Of a stretch of 64,000 bases of DNA, positions 61,301 to 64,000 are shown piece after piece. The notes under the pieces were generated by a model. That model was not told the DNA's origin and did no database searches. It worked only from the letters and a program-made list of their open reading frames with translations. The position numbers were made by a program, and so were the translations under genes. The DNA is from an uncultured Acidobacteriota bacterium. GTDB taxonomy: Bacteria > Acidobacteriota > Thermoanaerobaculia > Gp7-AA8. The stretch is taken from NCBI GenBank assembly GCA_963822445.1, contig CAWGHO010000002.1:2176001-2240000 (forward strand). The letters are read 5' to 3'. Numbering within the stretch: the stretch's first letter is position 1; the number at the start of each line of letters is the position of its first letter.

Positions 61301-62875
61301 TCATGAAGATCTTGTGAAGGTGCCGAGGATGCGCGTGACCCGTTCGTCTTTGCGCGCTTCTTCGAGACTGAGCTTGAACCGCTGCTTCCAGCTTTTCTCG
61401 GGTATGCCCGGCACGTTCTGCGGTTCGGTCTCGCCCCACAGGTCTTCGAGATTGATCAGCACGACTTCGGCATCACTGTCCGCGAGAAACGTCAGGATGT
61501 TCCGGAGGACATCCCCTTTGCCGACCTGCTTCTCGATCTTCTCGCGGAGCTTCGCGCGCGACTCGCGTTCTTTCTTCGCACCTTTGTCATCGAGCAAACC
61601 CTGCTCGACGCGGTCGTCGATGTCCTTGCCGCTCCAGAACGCGGCGAAGGTGGGCATGTCGTGCGTGTTGATGCTGGCCACTGAGGTCGCGGGCGGATCG
61701 GAAAGAGGCGGCGTTTCCGGTTTGGCCTCGTACTGCACGACGTACATCCGCCGCAGTCCGTGGCGTTGCATCGCCTTCGGCACATACTCGGGAACGGTGC
61801 CGAGGTCCTCGCCGACGATCGCGCAGCGGTTGCGGGCCGATTCGAGGACCACGATCGCGTAGAGCTCTTCGTCGCGATAGCGCACGTACACGCCGTCCTT
61901 CGCGTCCATGCCGTCGGGAATCCAGTAGAGACGATGCAAGCCCATGACGTGATCGAGACGGAGGATGCTCGCGTGCCGGGCGTGATGGGCGATGGCCGCG
62001 CGAAAGTAGCGATAACGATCGGCGCGCAACGCCTCGGGGTGAAACGGCGGAAAGCCCCAGTTCTGGCCTTTGGTGAAGAACGAGTCAGGTGGTGCGCCGA
62101 CGGAAGCGCCCTTCGCGAAGAGGTGCGAGTACTTCTTGACGTCGTATCCGCCGCTGTTCACGCCGAGGGGGAAGTCCAGATACAGGCCTTTCGCGCTGAG
62201 CTTTTCCATCTGCTGGGCCATGCGGTACTGGACGTAGAGGTGATAGCGCTCGTCGCCGCGGAAGCGTGCGTACTCGCGCGCATGGTTGGCGAAATGCTCG
62301 AATGCAGTGTCGGGTACGAAGCGTTCCGCGCATTGCCTCAAGCGCAAGCTCTGGACTGCGGCAGCGTCAGCTGCCGCTCTCTCCGGGAGTGAGAGCGGCG
62401 GCTCTGCCGCCGCAGTCCAGAATTCAGGCAGCGCCTCGACATCGAGGTAGCGCTCGTTCCAGAACAACCGCGAGACCGGTGAATACGGACTCGGCTCGTC
62501 ATCAAAGGCTGCGAGCAATGGAAGTGTGGCCACGACGCTGCCGCCGAGCTCGCGGACCCAATCCATGTAGGCCTGCAGGTCGCCGAGATCGCCGCCGTTC
62601 GGCGGCACGGCGTACAGCGGGAGAAAGATGCCCCACGTTCGTTGCGGCGGTGCGTAGGCCTTGCGCGGCGCGTGAATGAGCAGCGTGTCGCCGTCGAGCG
62701 TGTGATAGCCGAACGGGAGCGGATCGCGGCGATTCCATGTGCTGCCTTCTTCGAGCTCGATCTCGCCATCCGGTACGTGCGCGTTTTCCCACACCACACG
62801 CACCGGTTCGGTCGCGGAAGGCTGGTATTGATCGAGAATTTTCTGAACTGCTGCGACTGACTCGCGCTGACCCAT
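61301..62875 (-). CDS. malQ: 4-alpha-glucanotransferase (amylomaltase)
   Basis: SPYSPVSR, GAPPD, LRLDHVMG, GEDLG and THD motifs. Confidence 0.92.
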   Translation of the reverse strand: MGQRESVAAVQKILDQYQPSATEPVRVVWENAHVPDGEIELEEGSTWNRRDPLPFGYHTLDGDTLLIHAPRKAYAPPQRTWGIFLPLYAVPPNGGDLGDLQAYMDWVRELGGSVVATLPLLAAFDDEPSPYSPVSRLFWNERYLDVEALPEFWTAAAEPPLSLPERAAADAAAVQSLRLRQCAERFVPDTAFEHFANHAREYARFRGDERYHLYVQYRMAQQMEKLSAKGLYLDFPLGVNSGGYDVKKYSHLFAKGASVGAPPDSFFTKGQNWGFPPFHPEALRADRYRYFRAAIAHHARHASILRLDHVMGLHRLYWIPDGMDAKDGVYVRYRDEELYAIVVLESARNRCAIVGEDLGTVPEYVPKAMQRHGLRRMYVVQYEAKPETPPLSDPPATSVASINTHDMPTFAAFWSGKDIDDRVEQGLLDDKGAKKERESRAKLREKIEKQVGKGDVLRNILTFLADSDAEVVLINLEDLWGETEPQNVPGIPEKSWKQRFKLSLEEARKDERVTRILGTFTRSS

Positions 62876-63641
62876 CTACCCGCGTTTTTGCAGCATCTGA
62901 GCCGCGACGCTGATGGCGATCTCCTGCGGATGATTCGATCCGATCTCCAGTCCAACCGGGCAGAAGAACGCCTTGGTGATCTCCTCGGGCAACCCCGCAT
63001 CGAGGATGTCCTGCTTGAGCCGCTTTGCTTTGGCGTTGCTACCGATCACGCCGAGGTAGGGGAAGGTTCGGGTGCGGAGGATCTCGATGAGGATCGGCTT
63101 GTCGGTGGTGTGGCCCATGGTCATGAGCACCACGTACGACCCTTCCGGAATCTTCGCGACCTCCGCCGGCATGTCCGCGGCGAGCACCTTCGTCAGCCGC
63201 GGCGCGTCGGAGGATTTTCGACAGCCATTCCTCGCGCGGATCGATGCAGGTGACGCGGCAGTCGAGCTTCAGCAGGACGTCGACGAGCGCGTTCGCGACA
63301 TGACCCGCGCCGAACACGACGATGTTCCAGCGGATGACGTTGAAGGCCTCGAAGTAGACCCGGACGATGCCGCCGCAGGTCATGCCGATGTCTTTTTCGA
63401 GGCTCCACTGATGAAAGCGCGTCTTCGGTGCGGTGTCGTCAGCGAGCATCTGCTGCGCCTCGGCGATCGCGCGCGCTTCGATCTTCCCGCCGCCCACCGT
63501 CCCGAACTCGCGGCCGTCCGCTGTGACGAGCATCTTCGACCCGCGATCCTGCGGCGTGGAGCCGAGCGTGTCGACGACGGTCACGGCGATGAAGGGCCGG
63601 CCGGATTCGACGAGGTCGTTGAGGGCTTCGAAGAAGGTCAC
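62876..63641 (-). pseudogene. xdhC: Xanthine dehydrogenase accessory protein, frameshifted near ~63200 (or sequence error)
   Basis: GSTPQDRGSKM, GTVGGG, GMTCGG and FGAGHV motifs; YLGVIGS and PQEIAISVAA in another frame. Confidence 0.85.
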
Positions 63642-63647
63642 GTTCTG

Positions 63648-63754
63648 AGTTTATCCCGCGCGCAGACGCGGGATCTCTTCGTGCACCGGCAGCGTCGGAG
63701 CCATGCTAGTCGTTGGTGCACCGTGAGATCCCGCGTCTGCGCGCGGGATAAACT
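63648..63754. repeat. Long palindrome (REP/MITE-like)
   Basis: Perfect 30-bp arms AGTTTATCCCGCGCGCAGACGCGGGATCTC. Confidence 0.85.
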
Positions 63755-63761
63755 TTGATAA

Positions 63762-64000
63762 ATGCGCATTCGCTCCAACCGCGTGGTCCTCCCCGAGGGC
63801 ATCCGCCCGGCGACGATCGTCATCGAAGGCGAGCAAATCGCCGCCATCGAGAACGGACCAGCCGACCACGACCACGGCGACGTGGTGATCATGCCCGGCC
63901 TCGTCGATTCGCACGTGCACGTGAACGAGCCCGGCCGCACGGAGTGGGAGGGATTCGAGACTGCGACGCGGGCCGCATCCGCGGGAGGCATCACGACCAT
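63762..64000 (+). CDS. allB: Allantoinase (3' partial)
   Basis: [36 protein letters not shown]. Confidence 0.9.
   Translation, partial: MRIRSNRVVLPEGIRPATIVIEGEQIAAIENGPADHDHGDVVIMPGLVDSHVHVNEPGRTEWEGFETATRAASAGGITT

Noticed and set aside
54152-62392. Long plus-strand ORFs (530, 347 and 579 aa, among others)
   Set aside because: Antisense shadows of treY, treZ, glgB, the hydrolase and malQ in high-GC DNA.
1-64000. Integron integrase, attI, group II intron RT, tRNA or rRNA
   Set aside because: No tyrosine recombinase or RT motifs and no recognisable tRNA or rRNA in the window.

Overview
Positions 1 to ~52,900 are the distal part of a very large integron gene-cassette array. I count 42 attC-like sites of ~187-201 bp (RYYYAAC...GTTRRRY) delimiting ~43 cassettes. 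No integron integrase is in the window; from cassette polarity it would lie to the left of position 1. Cassette cargo is rich in defence-type and toxin-antitoxin domains: 4 TIR, SIR2-like, 3 HEPN-like, a PD-(D/E)xK nuclease, FRG, a class III cyclase-like gene, VapBC and 3 DUF433/DUF5615 pairs. It also includes proteases, lipoproteins and an ECF sigma factor. Unusual features: eight copies of an ORF-less structured cassette with its own attC subtype; a second covarying ~310-bp structured leader shared by four unrelated cassettes; a cassette integrated backwards; three IS481-family copies and one passenger-carrying IS1595 element all inserted in attC core sites; and many cassettes with a -10-like box just before the start codon. 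An IS30-family element marks the array end. Positions ~53,000-64,000 are ordinary chromosomal genes: treY, treZ, glgB, a serine hydrolase, malQ, xdhC (frameshifted) and the start of allB. All calls are by eye from motifs; no database searches were run.
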